Made by a program: the position numbers and the translations under genes
Shown here: piece after piece, positions 1 to 13,900 of the stretch
Layout: each line of letters starts with the position of its first letter
Position numbering within the stretch: position 1 is the stretch's first letter
The notes under the pieces: generated by a model
Told to the model about the DNA's origin: nothing
Seen by the model: only the letters and a program-made list of their open reading frames with translations
Database searches by the model: none
Assembly: GCA_000934665.2 (NCBI GenBank)
Contig: KZ538664.1
Coordinates: 1 to 55,231 of the forward strand
Source: Catajapyx aquilonaris
Lineage: Eukaryota
Length of the DNA stretch: 55,231 nt
Direction: 5' to 3'

Positions 1-2
1 TA

Positions 3-1448
3 ATGGGTGATTTTAATGCTCGAGTTGGAGAAGAGAACCAATCAGCTTGTTTCGACATAGATGAGGGACTACCTCTCCAAAACCATAGATGTTCAAAAGA
101 TAAGACATTGAATACAAAAGGGAGAAAGTTGTTGCACTTTCTAGAAATAAACTCTATGTACATGTTAAATGGGCTATCAAACTCAGACAGATTAGGGGAA
201 TTTACGTTTTGTTCGTCCCTGGCAAATTCGGTGATAGATTATGTGATAATAACACAAGGATTGTTAAGCAGAGTGTTAGACTTTAAGGTGTTGGAAATAT
301 TAGGGTCAGACCACTTCCCAGTAATGATAAATTTGGAGTCAGATATACCTAGAACGGAGAGCGTCCTGAGGAGGATGACAAATTGGAAAAAATTGGAGAG
401 GGACAAGGCCACGTGGGAGAAGTCGGTCAACCAAATTGCAAGCTCCCTTTTGGCAAGTGACAAGTGTGTCCAGGAATTAGCGGTTGCATTACCGACAAAA
501 TTAGGTCAAATGTTAAAAGATAAGAGGATCCTTATCTCAGTAGACGACGAACAAAAAAAGGATGGCCAGAAGGGGAAACCATGGTTTGATGCTAGCTTGA
601 AAAAAGCGAAAAAATTAGTGTTTAAATCTCTATGGGCCTGGAAAAACGATCAAACCGAACTCTTACGGCAAATTTATTGTAAGAATGCGGTTTTGTATAA
701 AAAAGAATTACACGCCAAAAGACGATATTACAATAGTAACACATTACAGGATTTATTAGCATCAAAAAATCCTTCGGACTTTTGGGCCATAGTTAAAGCG
801 AACAAGCACCAAGTTAAAACTAGAGTATCGATAAATGAGGGGACATGGTTAGACTATCTGCAAGGATGGCACCTGTCAAGGCCGCCAATCGTGTTATCGT
901 TATCAAGAAACTTGTTTTCATTAAATAGGGTTGACAGCCCAATTACGCTGAAAGAATTACAAGTTGCCTTAAAGAGATTAAAAAACAGGAAAGCAGGAGG
1001 TCCAGATAGGATCCCAAACGAACTGTATAAAATTGACTCTTTGGATATACAGTTATTACTCGTAAGGATATTTAATGAGTTTTTGTCTACAGGGAAGTTA
1101 CCTCCTACCTGGATCGAGATCTCGGTGACACCAATATATAAGGCGGGACCGGCAGAAAGGCCTGAAAATTATCGTCCGATATCCCTATTGAACAATGTCC
1201 TCAAACTATTTTCCTCACTATTAGAGGCGAGGGTAAGGAATTGGGCCGAAGAAAACGAATTGCTTTCTGAAAATCAAGCAGGTTTCAGGGGGGGAAGAGG
1301 GTGTGCGGACCACATCTTTGTTCAATCACTATTGATCCAAAAATATACAGCTCCCAAAAGGGGAAAACTCTATGCTCTTTTTATAGATCTAGCAAAGGCG
1401 TTCGATACAGTTGAACACAATAAGCTGTTCGAGAAATTAATGAGCATA
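3..1448 (+). mobile_element. Non-LTR retrotransposon (LINE) ORF2 fragment: C-terminal APE endonuclease plus N-terminal RT; RTE-X/L2-like clade tentative; ends at foldback element
   Basis: Open frame with GDFNARVG, SDHFPV (APE) and GPDRIPNE, YRPISLL, QAGFRGGRGCADH, FIDLAKAFDTVEH (RT); homology stops at KLMSI where the inverted repeat begins. Confidence 0.95.
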
Positions 1449-2866
1449 GGGCCATTCCACGTGAAATCATCACGAGGTATGCCCATGAATTTTAGATTTC
1501 CAAAATAATTTGCAGGAAGATAGACCTATCCCTAAACTGTAGATTTCCCAAGTATTTCGCTCCGCTGTCCTCAAGGTCACGAGAGGTGAGGGGATATGTC
1601 CGGGGGGGCACATTGCAACTTTCAAATCGAGCCACTTTCAGAATCGAATATCTCAAAAAGTACGCTTCGTAGCGACTCTTCTCATTGAACATTTGTTTCA
1701 GATCATACGAAGTAGGATTTGGAAATGTAATCACTTACGCGATATATGTATTGTGTAATGAGTTACAGCCTCCGCAATATCTGTATTTTTGTCAAAATTT
1801 GCTCTCTTTCGGAATTTTTTATAGCCGTAAAATTGTATTAATTTGCAAATATTATATCTTGTCGAAGACATATCCATGTACCTGATCACTCGCAAATTAT
1901 TTAGCGCTGTACAATATATAAACTCGGAGAATTTAACAGTCGTATTTTGAAGAAACCTCATTTTGGCCATTATTGAGGCGCGAAAAAAGGTATGTGGGAC
2001 AACGACTAAAAATCAGGAAGTGAGTTATTCGGATAGTCCAAAACGTGGGCTTTCAGAATATATCTATCTGATATATGATAATCTGGCCTGGAGAGACGGT
2101 ATGGCCTTTTGTTTGAAGGCAAGTTCCGCCGGCAGTTGCGGCGTCTTCACCCGGCCATCATCGTATGGCTTCGGACCGTGCTTCGGACTCTCCAGTGTTC
2201 TCCCGTGGGGGCAGTATGATGGCCGGGTGAAGATTATCATATATCAGATAGATATATTCTGAAAGCCCACGTTTTGGACTATCCGAATAACTCACTTCCT
2301 GATTTTTAGTCGTTGTCCCACATACCTTTTTTCGCGCCTCAATAATGGCCAAAATGAGGTTTCTTCAAAATACGACTGTTAAATTCTCCGAGTTTATATA
2401 TTGTACAGCGCTAAATAATTTGCGAGAGATCAGGTACATGGATATGTCTTCGACAAGGTATAATATTTGCAAATTAATACAATTTTACGGCTATAAAAAA
2501 TTCCGAAAGAGAGCAAATTTTGACAAAAATACAGATATTGCGGAGGCTGTAACTCATTACACAATACATATATCGCGTAAGTGATTACATTTCCAAATCC
2601 TACTTCGTATGATCTGAAACAAACGTTCAATGAGAAGAGTCGCTACGAAGCGTACTTTTTGAGATATTCGATTCTGAAAGTGGCTCGATTTGAAAGTTGC
2701 AATGTGCCCCCCCGGACATATCCCCTCACCTCTCGTGACCTTGAGGACAGCGGAGCGAAATACTTGGGAAATCTACAGTTTAGGGATAGGTCTATCTCCC
2801 TGCAAATTATTTTGGAAATCTAAAATTCATGGGCATACCTCGTGATGATTTCACGTGGAATGGCCC
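1449..2866. mobile_element. Large foldback non-autonomous DNA element (PIF/Harbinger-like termini)
   Basis: Near-perfect 636-bp inverted arms 1449-2084 and 2231-2866; GGGCCATTCC...GGAATGGCCC ends; ATA on both flanks; 146-bp spacer. Confidence 0.9.
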
Positions 2867-3001
2867 ATATGTCAGTCTAGTTACACAACACCATGTGTAC
2901 CCTACCTCACATCTGTATTTGATTATGGGCATGTGGTGAGTGCATGGTGCTGAGTAGTGGGAGTTCATCAGGCCAATCATCATGTCTGCAATGGTAATTA
3001 A

Positions 3002-4309
3002 TAGAGAACGGATTTCTAGGTTCTAAAAAACCCTCAAATAGGTAGGCATTTAGGCCCTGAAAACAGTCAAAATAGGCTCTTAAATAGGCACTATAAATCA
3101 AGCTGGTTCTAATTTATTTTAATTTCTACACATATTTACAGCCTCAGTGTTGCCAGACCCAGAGATGAGGATATCCCTAAATATACGGGGAAAAAGTCCC
3201 TAATTGTTCCAAAAAATCCCTGTACATATAGTGCGGGGCGCAAAAGCCCGCCGCAGGCGAAATTTTTTGGGGGGTCAAGGTCACACAAGCTTATAGGCGA
3301 GCTGGGGTGTTTTGGGATGCGTAATGCAGCATTTATGCGGCGTGCAGATCATGTGCAGATCTTCATTTGTTGTGTCACTAAGAGAGGGGGAGAGGAGAGC
3401 GCGGAAAGAGAGAGAGGGGGGGGGGGGAGGGGGGGTAAAATCTGGGCGCAGGGCGGCGCAGGGGCGGGAAACACAAGTACTGTACACAACTGCCGTGAGA
3501 TTTTCTTTGTGCATTATTTCCTCCAATCCTCCTTCCCAGTACCCCGCTGAACCTCTGAACCATAGGTAGTGCGACCAATTGAAGGGTTGCCCCGAATAAT
3601 GTTGTAAGTGGCACCGAAGTGGCATCGCTTGCGGTTGCGGACAAGATCCAGGCCTGCTTTTTTCTATTTTTTTTCATATTTTCCTAATATCCCTAGATTT
3701 CGGCCGTTTCTGCTCAGTTGTCCCTAAATCCCTAAGGGCATGCCGAAATCCCTAAATCTAGGGACATATCCCTGTGTCTGGCAACGCTGTACAGCCTACT
3801 CCTGGCCATGGAATTTTGCAGAACAGTAACGAACTAGCAGTTATTCCATATTTTCGTTGGTTAATCGCAGTTATTCGGCGACAGTTAAGATGCTCCCTCA
3901 CGGGGAGCCGATATGGCCGATGGAAAAGCCGTCGGGCCGAATGTAGCAGCTTATTTAACGGCTATTAATAACAGTTATTTCGACTCGCAATAGCTGTTAA
4001 CGGCATATTACCCGGGATCTTGCCGATCAACCGCTTCTTCGCTTGTCACAGGTTGAAGTGGGAGGGATTCCTTGAACGGAAAACCTGCAGAACTCTCGAA
4101 AATCTTACCGAATGGCGTGAAAAAGGTCGAAATAGGCACAAATAGGCGCTAACAGGCCATTTAGGTCCCAACACCCGAAATAGGCATTTTTAGGTTCTAT
4201 AAAACTACGATTTTTGAGGTCCTTGTGTTATGAAACGGATAGATATTTTGGTTCCCGTGTTCTGCCTACAAAAGAAAAAGTAGGTAAAAACCTAGAAATC
4301 CGTTCTCTA
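3002..4309. mobile_element. Non-autonomous hAT-like element
   Basis: 19-bp terminal inverted repeat (TIR) TAGAGAACGGATTTCTAGG / CCTAGAAATCCGTTCTCTA; perfect 8-bp TSD GTAATTAA (2994-3001, 4310-4317). Confidence 0.88.
3145..3789. mobile_element. Nested hAT-like non-autonomous element
   Basis: TIR CAGTGTTGCCAGAC / GTCTGGCAACGCTG; perfect 8-bp TSD TACAGCCT; subterminal ATCCCTAA repeats. Confidence 0.88.
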
Positions 4310-4632
4310 GTAATTAACATGAAGCTGTGTTTTTCACAATGGAAAGATATGGCACATGTTCATTCGTTCAGTTTATCTTATGCTTCACTGTGGGGAGCAT
4401 AGAGCATACATTTAGTGACAGTGATAAAAATTCAAGCTGTGTCTCCTATTACAAAATTGATTTCCATGGTTTTATGAGCCAGTTACTGGGTATGGTAGGC
4501 AAAGTAGCTACAGGCCATCCAGGAAAAGATTGGGTTTTATGTGGTTTTGAAGCAGAGTTGCCAGATGCAAAAGGAACCCAGAATACCCCACATCCACATT
4601 GGAAAAAAATCCTCACTTGGCTACTTTACTTA

Positions 4633-4984
4633 ATAATAATAATAATAATAATAATCCGGGGTAGTGCTTGACCTCGACGGAGGTATGTAGCACGGACCTT
4701 TATTTACTTTGTCGTGTACATCGGAGCCTTTATACGTAACGCCCGGGCCCACGGGCAGGATGACAGGAGGGGATGTGCAAGGTGCAGTGCAATGTCTTAA
4801 TGTGGTCATTTTTAGTGAACTCCCCCGGGTGGTTTAGTCTGTAGGAAATACCACCCGAGACGAAGCCAGAGGTGACCCAATGAACTCTGCACGAGATGAA
4901 GGGGGTGTCCCCGGGTTGGGATCGAACCCGGGACCTTAACATCCGTGGGCGCATACGTTACCGCAGCGCCACTTCGCCTCCCTT
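4633..4984 (-). mobile_element. tRNA-derived SINE, family A
   Basis: Minus-strand A box TGGCGCTGCGG and B box GGTTCGATCCC; (TTA)n tail; 17-bp TSD CTTGGCTACTTTACTTA; second copy at 36679-37009. Confidence 0.88.
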
Positions 4985-7650
4985 CTTGGCTACTTTACTT
5001 ATCTTCATGGTAACCATAGGGACTGGGGAGGTGGGGAGGGGGGCTGCAAAGTTGGGAAGACCTACCTAATCCCCGCAGTCTCTTCTTGGTTCTCCTTTAA
5101 TTGTCCAAGTCCCCACTAGATTGCAGGTGATGACAAGTTATGAATTGTGGGCAACCACGACAATTTAAAGAAACAATACCTACTGGAAACAACAATCAGG
5201 GCCATGTTTACTTGTTATTGTTGGATTAATTTCAGTTGGTGGTTGGAGTGAACAGTTCACATGTTATTCACATGTCCCCTCTAAACTTTGGACTTGGGCC
5301 ATGCAAAATCCTATCCTATATAAAATAACGTACAAAAAATAATTACAAGTTGTGCACCGGCATTTACCATTAGGACAGGTGTGGCAGCTGTCATGAAAAA
5401 AAAATTACTTCATTGAATATGGGGAGCAAATTATAGGTCATAACATGAGGTGGCCAGGTGACATTAGCTGTCTCACTCAGTGGGGCTATGTGACGCCAGT
5501 GTGATGGATTTGTTTGTTATTTCAGAATTGCATGGAGAGAAGGGAATATGAGACATGCTACCAGGCCTCCAACCAAGCAAGCCAAGCAAATTCCAGGAGA
5601 CTTGACCGCTTGGGTACTATGGAGCCTTCCTCCAGTCTTAGCTTTTGTTCCTCTTCAACCTCATCTTACATGCCGGAAAGAATTAGTTGTGCATTGATGT
5701 AGCACCTCCTCAACTAATAGTAGTATATTTTTTTGTGCTGTTAAGTTTTTATAGGCTTTTTACCATTTTCACTACTACCATTAACTGTATAGATTTTAAG
5801 GGAGTCTTCGTCTCTCCTGCTACGCTTGGTGGTTTGGATCCTAATATTGGACAATAATTATCATATAATGAAAGTGTAATATCAGTGTTCAGTCTACTCA
5901 AGCAGCAGGTTATGATGGTTTAACAACCAAGCAAGCAATGCATACACATACACTACACACATACATATATACAGGCATCACCTTTTATCCATGTAAGTGA
6001 ATTTATTTTTTATTTTTTGTACCACCCATAAGGTAATGTGGTTGAGTGCTCAAAAAGGACACTGGCAATGGTTCAGGTATGGGGAGAAAGCGGGTTCGGG
6101 GGTGGAGGAGAGGAAGTGGTGTTGGTTGTGAAGGAGTTGAATTGGTGGAGGAAGAGGAATAAGAACAAACTCACCGCGTGCTCTTAAATGTGTTGTTGTG
6201 AAGAGAAAGCAAGGATAAAGGGATAAAATCTATGGCAGCTAGCAGCCATTCATGTCGTTCCAGGCTGCAGATTGTCATTGACCAAGATGGATTCCAAGGC
6301 TGTGGGTGGTTTCTAATAATTGCGACTAACAGTGATGCTTACATATGTCGCAATTTGTAGCGACGGAGCATATGATATATTCAGAGGCATACATATAGCG
6401 TACATCTATATGTATATTATTATAGAAACATGGGCATTGTGCTAGGGGAACAAGCCATATAAGGCCATTTCAGCACAGTTAGGCATGTTTTCATTGCCTC
6501 AATCCTGCCTCATGAGAGTGTGAGGTAACCTGGAATGAATTTGACTGCTGCAACATGCATTCCCTAGTTCCAAGTTTCTGCAGGGCCAGATTCATTCTTA
6601 AGCTAATTAACCAGCTGAAAATTGTTGAGAAATGCTGCCTACGCATGTGGTACATTGACCACAAAGTCTGGAACCTGTCACAACATAAATAAATGTGCTG
6701 ATGAGAGTGTGCCATGATGGTTTTCTATCTCCTTTTATTAAAATTTTGCTTTGCAATGGCTGCTTTCATCAGACTTGTTGCTGCAGTGAAATCCATTCTG
6801 AGAGGTGCACATTCCAATGTACTGGTAATTCATTCCATTTGTTGTTCGCTTTTGCAGAGGTGCAGGCAACAGGGGCTGCTTTCCTGGGACTGCACTGTTA
6901 CCTTCTTACCTGTAGGGATTCTAAACTGTTGCACTGTGTTTATGAGAGACAAGTTCCCACCTGCCTACTGCACACCCACACATTGTGATGGAATCAGAAA
7001 TGGTACTTGTCTAGCAGGAAGAGATAGCTGTTGTAAAATATCGCAGACATCACAAGTTTTTGTGCTCATTTTGCTCCAAAATTTGTTAGTTTCATAACGC
7101 AATACATTATATACATATATATACTTATACATATGTGCATAAGCAACACAGTATTTTCGTAAGCAAACTTCAAAGGCAGATCATGTTCCAGTAGTTGAGC
7201 TGTGTTGTACTGTTGTTAAGCACTCGGGGATTTATTTCTGTGGAACATGCATTCAAGTAATCTAGCAGCTTAGTTTTTGGGACATGTAGGTACAGTGAAT
7301 GGAGACATGCAGCTTTAGCTTACAATTTATTTCCACTTGACAATGTCAACACCTTTTTGCAGCTAAATCATGTAATCTTATACATGTGGGAGTGCGACAA
7401 GAGCTTTAGTTTTAATGCTATAGTATATTTCCATGGATACATGAAAAATAAATAGAGCTTTTTTTTCTCAGAAGTTGTGCTGATCAATCTTCTCCCACTT
7501 TACCCATTTATATGTTCACATGGAGCAGGTCCTCCAAAGAAGGCACTGGTGATACTGCAAGAGCAAGCAAAAATTATACACTGGTATATATCATTCAATG
7601 TTTTTAACATGAAGGGTTAATTTTTGTTCTCCATTTTTCTGGAAAGAAAT

Positions 7651-7727
7651 TAGTGATGTCAGCTCTCCTCTACAGCTCTCTTAACTTCGGGAGCTGGTAG
7701 AACTGGAGAGGAGAGCTGGCATCACAA
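7651..7727. repeat. Short hairpin, possible mini-MITE
   Basis: GTGATGTCAGCTCTCCTCT pairs with AGAGGAGAGCTGGCATCAC; TAGTGATG end resembles a hAT TIR; no clear TSD. Confidence 0.5.
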
Positions 7728-9045
7728 TATAAACAAAAAGGTGGAGCCCACTAAGAGGCTACAACCAGTGTGCTTTGAACATGTTTGTGCCTTGTTAACA
7801 CTTGTTTAGGTACTGGTATGTAGGATGGGGAACTGCTCCACTCATGACCTACGCTCATGCCATGGGTTTCCAAAAGGTCCTGAGTGTTCATGCAATGTGG
7901 GTTTCCTCTCCTGTCATTTATGCTCAATTCTTCTACCTCTCCAGAAAAATGGAAAACCAAAAATTTCTACCCTTATAAGCAACAGGTCAAAGAGTTCATG
8001 TAGGCCTATACAAGGGAAGTATGAGCACACATCTGATTGTCCAAGCAAATATTTGTCTCAACCCCCTTGTTCCTGCTAAGGAATTTTCTCATGCAGTATA
8101 ACAATATATTAACTTTTGTGTCAGAACAGGGCTGACCTTGGCGAAATATTTAAGAGTTTTTGCTTCCACTTACGGACCACTGCAGTACACATTCTTTGAC
8201 ACCTCCCCACCAACCTGGTTGGTCTTCAGATGTATCACCAAATGGGCCATTTTTGACAGTTTTTAGGATCTGCTGATTGAGGGCCACCGAACCAGAAGAT
8301 AAAATGGGGCTGAAAGGACTTTTTGGGGATCAGAAGTGTGCTGGCAATCTACCTGCATTTCTTCAAATATTCAAGATTTATGTTCGTATTGTCAATATGA
8401 ATAGCTGCATATGCAGGGTTACCAAGAGAAGGACACACAGGGAGTAGTCAACAGACTATGTGGCAAGCAGGGCAAGTGATAGGAGTCTTCTACTGTCTAG
8501 TTCGTGAATAGTACTGACATCACAGACTTTTACTTCTGAACTCGGAACTGCTGACAGTCATTGTTCTTCATAGTGATGGTCAGTACCATTCTCTGGTTCA
8601 ACAAACTTTAGATTATGGTCTTACTCTTACCATTAGATGATGACTGAAGAGTGTTGGGTGGCGTGAGGTTCGTAGAGTCATGCGTGTTGCAGTTTGAATG
8701 GATGGGTTCTGATCTACAGCCATGTGTGGCTAAATGCAGCAAATCTTCTTTTTCTGGTTTTCCAGCGACAGGTGAATTTGGTGCCACAGGTGTCACGTGG
8801 CATGGTGAATCAGGCCTGTTGGCTGGTTTCATATCTATAATGTATAGAAACTTGACCAGATACCTTGACTTGTCTTTGAGATACGCACAATATCCATTGG
8901 ACCTGGTTTTAATGCTCCAGACAAATGACACCTCAATAAATAATATACAGGAAGTCCCGGTCTACGAGTGGGGTTACGTTCCTGAAAATGTCCGTAAGTC
9001 TGATTTGTACATAACTTGGATTCCAGAGGACCAGCACATACACTG

Positions 9046-9943
9046 CAGGGTGTTTCAGAGTCACAGGTCAAGCGCGGGAGTGGGGAAAAATCGTAGGTGG
9101 CGACAACCCTGGTCGGTTTTATAAAACAATTAGAAATACGGGAGTAATCAATGATTTTATTACAGCGTGACGTCACATCCTTTTTGTTCGAATTGACTGG
9201 CGCGGACTGGCAGGTGCAGGGGGTTGAACCTGGTTGAATGGCTTTTTAGCCTTGCAGGTTGCACTGAAAAAGGCGCTCTCATGCTATACTGGCAGGGTAC
9301 TGTACAAAGTAGTGTACTACGGGGAGGTGTGGTAGGTGTGGTGGTCGTGATGGTAACGTCACGGCTTGCTGAGTGAAAGGTCCCAGGTTCGATCCCGGCC
9401 TGGGAGTTCCCTTTCACCTGCGTCAGGAGGGTCTCTGACCTGCACCTTGGAGGTGTCTGGCAACCTAACCTCCTGGGGAACAGCACATGACCCCTTTACA
9501 GATCTTGCACTTGCACCTATGTTCCCTCCCCAAAAATCCCTATCCCTACCCTACATCCTTGTCTCCTTGCACCGGTGTATGAAGTTAAGGAGTGAAAATG
9601 GTGGTATCCCACCCCCCTAAAAAGGCTAAGCCTTAGCACGGGGTAACGTATTTAAAAAAAAAATGAGTGTACTAGTGTATGGTAGTGTGTACAGTACCCT
9701 CCCGGTATAGCATGAGAGCGCCTTTTTCATTGCAACCCGCAAGGTTAAAAAGCCACTCAACCAGGTTCAACCCACTGAACCTGCCAGTCAATTCGAACAG
9801 AAATGATGTGACATCTAGCCGTAATAAAATAATCGATTACCCCTGTATTTCTAATTGTTTTATAAAACCGACCGGGTTGTCGCCACCTATGATTTTTTCC
9901 CACCCCCTCGCGCGCGCTTGACCTGCGACTCTGAAACATCCTG
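9046..9943. mobile_element. Tc1/mariner-type foldback MITE interrupted by a SINE
   Basis: CAGGGTGTTTCAGAGTC / GACTCTGAAACATCCTG termini; about 260-bp inverted arms; TA on right, TG on left. Confidence 0.85.
9321..9665 (+). mobile_element. tRNA-derived SINE, family B
   Basis: A-box-like TGGTCGTGATGG, B box GGTTCGATCCC, A-rich tail, TSD AGTGTACTA; homologous copies at 21797 and 22509. Confidence 0.85.
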
Positions 9944-10777
9944 TATATGCAGCGTAAAGATGCGCTCCAACAAACTGCTTACTTGTGTCTTTGTTTATAT
10001 ATGTGGAAGAACATAGTTCCTCAATTATTCATTCATTAGACAGTATTTATGTTGAAGTTGGTGTCAATCAACGAATGCAGAAGTGGTTGAAAGTAGGGGG
10101 GTAATTATAAATTTTAATCCTTGTGGCACATGCTATCATGCACCAAATAATAGCATTCTCTTCATATAGCAGGTAGTCTGCATTACATTCTGTTATTGGC
10201 ATTACGTGTCACAGTTACATTCCTTGTACTTCGAAGTTCCTCAGTGGGACCAAGCTGGAATGCATTTTCATTGCTTCCGGGCTTCTCTGTATAAATGTCT
10301 AAAACGATATGTGAACCCATTTTTAAGACAATGTAATGCTAATTTTGACTCCCTTCATTTATGGAAATGCTCAGAAGACCTTATAACTTCTTAATATCTA
10401 GTTTGCAGCACAACATTACTGTTGAAATGCTTTTCAGACTAAGGATTTATGAACCAGTGTTATAGAAAGATAGAGGGTTCCAGTAAAATTAGCACAATTT
10501 TTTGTGCTGCATTCAAAACACAGGTAAACTCGAAATGTGTAACACTAACTTAAGCTCCCCAAACTGTTAAAACCATTTTCCCATTATAGGGCTAGTTCTT
10601 GCTTGGAATTTCCAATTCCAAAGTTCTATCTGGACATGGTGCATTGAAGTATACAGGATAGAAAGACAGTGTCAAGTGTGGGCTACCTCACATATTCTAA
10701 TATCTAATGGATATATTCAGACTGGTTTATGCCAACATGTAAAATAACTACTGACTAAACTGTAAGAAAACACTTAC

Positions 10778-10916
10778 CACTTTTGATAAAGTAACTCTCA
10801 ACTCCTTGCCTCTTGGCCAGACTAAGGACATAGTTGTGCAGGTTGTGGCGTGTCACTGGATGTATTTCTTTACCATCTAGGATCTCTGTGTGTTGAGAGA
10901 GAGGTGTTATTGAGAC

Positions 10917-10978
<62 letters not shown>

Positions 10979-13900
10979 GACAGCTAACAAATTACTTTGG
11001 AGGCACTTTTTAACTCTGACAATAACAGCTGACAAATAGGATTGCTAGAAGTGACGTCAATGTCTCATCTTGTACCAGCAGTACTGTCCGTACCACTCAA
11101 AAAGATGGAGACAATTTTGCATTTGGTTTCAATGCAAAATCTACATCGTTTTGAGAGATATTCCAGAGCTGTTCATACAAAATGTCATAATTCTTGTGAA
11201 GAATTTCCTCTAAATATGAACATAGCTATACATAATGGTCCTCGACATATCTTTATCTACCATCAGACACAAGACCATGTTAAGTCAAGGGATTTTTCGT
11301 ACCATGGTGTCAGAATTTATAGGCCTATGCCAAGCATTCTAGGTGCCAAGCCTATGCTTTGCTCTGGTCATACTGGATGCCCCATAAGCTCTAGCCTGCC
11401 AAAAAAAGAAAAAAAGAAGAAAAAAAAGTGGAAAGACAAGTGAAGGTCATCTGTGAAAAGTTGGGAGTAGAACCAGAAAGAAGACCAGACAAAAGCATCA
11501 TTTTTGTCATTAAAAAAAAGCATGTTATTTTCCTGGCCTTTGCAACTCTAGTCCAAACTTTTCGCCAAGTGAAAGCTTTTCCACAGTCTAGGCCGTGGTC
11601 TAGGCATAGTGGTAAGTGATTTTACACTTGCTTGTGCTCAACAAGGCACATTTGTGTCCATCTGGTATCAAGTAAGGGAAATTAGGAGCTCTGCACCAAC
11701 ATGAGCACTCAACACTTAAAGGATATACTGACTAACTGATACTGGTAAGACAACAAAGTATGCATTCATATTCCTATGCATTGTTGGAATCACGAGAGAG
11801 GGAAAATTAGACATTACTTACCAAGATTGATTGAGCAGCCAATTAAAATTTCCCTCTCCCTCCACTTGGCTGCAAAGGGGTTTCCTTTCACCTTCAAATT
11901 GCGAAGTGATTTCATTCCATGAATAGTAATCCCAAGGAGCTAGTTGGAGAAATAATGTAGCTGTGTTATAGATTTAAATAAATATATTTAAAAAAACATG
12001 CTCACTCTTTGAAAATGCACCAATTCGCCATAAAATAATTTAACACATAATACTCACCAGCACATCAGTGATTTTATTGTTACAAATGTTCAGTGTGTGG
12101 ACATTTGTTAACCCTGATAGATCATTGATATCAGTCATGCAGTTATTGTTTGCTGTCAGGAGTTTCAACTTGTGCTGGAATATAACAAGTATATGCCATT
12201 GTTATTTCTGTGAACACCTGTTTAAAACAGAGTGCATAGTGGTTATCAAATATACGCATTAGCTGCTAATTTTAGGGTATATTAAAGCAAAGGGGGTTTG
12301 CCCTGAATAAATGGGTACACTCCATTCCATGCCAATAGTTCCACAATTCACAATTAAATGTGTATTAATATTATCAGCTTATACATTTTATTTTTTTATT
12401 TTTTAAATATATATTTTATATAATGTTACCCTGTGATTGGGTGAAGCCCTTTTTAGGGGGGTGGCATACCACCGTCAGTTTTCTTCAATTTTTCTTACTC
12501 TTCCACACATTTTAATAACCACGAAAGCAGTGGTTTCCAAGATTTTACTAACTGTGACCCCATAAACATGTTTCCATAAATGTGCGACCCCCCCCCCCTT
12601 CCTCCCCTCCCCCAGCCCCTAGCTACAACTGCCCCCTTTCCAGAAAACATACGCTCTGTAGGGCCGCAAAAATGGTTCAATTGACACAGAAAATGAAAAA
12701 AAAAAAAGTTGAACCAAGGCCCGCGATCCTACCCGGGACCCCCCCCCCCGGTTGGAAACCATTGCACTAAAGGTAACGTCAAAAGTAGTTGCTTAAAGAT
12801 CAGCAGCTAGTGTGCGAAAATTACTGACGCCTAAGATAGCTTCAATTGGAACACCCTGTATCTGAAAAATTAGAATATTCATTGGAGTATGATTTTCTGT
12901 AACCATTACCCTGATTCCAAAGAGTGATCTAGGTTCAAATACAAGGCCTTGGCCTGCTGGCAGCTGCTGGTTTTCTATCTGAAGCTCTTCCAGACACCTC
13001 AAAGTCTGTAGGCCTTCTACTACAGAGATTTCATTATATCCTAAGTAGCTGAAAACAAGAATTTATTATTGACTGTTAAAAATGTACCAAGAATAATTAT
13101 ATTAAAAATATAAAGAAATTGTATTACAGGTGCTTTAGGTTGACTAGAGAACCCAAATTTTGTACACGTTTTATGCGGTTATGCTGAAGGTCCAGGCGTG
13201 TTAGGTTGACAGCAGTATCCAGATTTTCTATAGCCATGATGACATTGTCATACAAATAAAGTGTGGTGAGGTTACTGAGAGACCCCAAGTAACCCTGCAA
13301 TAAAATCATAGGGAATGACTGAAATACGTATTATAGGGCATATCAAATCACATGGACTTCTATGGTATTTATTTAGTTTTTAGCCTAAAAATAATGGTTT
13401 CAATTAATCATGGAACACTTCTTGTAGTGTTTGTTGTACACCAGATGATAAAACTGTTACAAAAATGATTATTGTTGGAGAAACCATCTAATGTAAGATT
13501 TCCATCATATCTACATGTGTCATGTATTTAGATTGGCTACTTTTATTTGCATGTTTCACAGTTGTGCTCATGCTGTATCACTTAAAATCTCACGTTCATT
13601 TCCACTCCCTTCTGTCACCTTTTCTTTAAATGTGGCAATGAGTTATAAAACATGCACTCTGAAACAATTACATGCATGGTTCAGTTATGGAGGTAAACAA
13701 TCAATCTTGAAATATCATAAATTTTTTTAAACTAGTGCATACAGAATCCAAGTTACATGCAATTTTTAGATTAGGAAAAGCAGTCTATGTCAGCATCTGT
13801 TCAGAACCCCTTCCAACTCATGGTCCAGCTACTAACGGAGGGTACTTAATGCAAGACCCACTTGGGAAAATCTGTAAACTGCATCTACCATGTGTTTCAT

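Noticed and set aside
2140..2200. Hammerhead-like string on minus strand (CTGGAGAGTCC...CGAAGCCAT...ATGGCC)
   Set aside because: Core deviates from CUGANGA and GAAA, stem II is imperfect and no stem I pairing was found
1492..2823. Mirror-image ORF pairs of 64-99 aa on opposite strands
   Set aside because: Direct consequence of the inverted arms; no recognisable protein motifs. Same for ORF pairs at 20011-20516, 24121-24810 and 33809-34111
5514..7097. Short ORFs and exon-like segments
   Set aside because: No homology recognised and no consistent splice chain could be built
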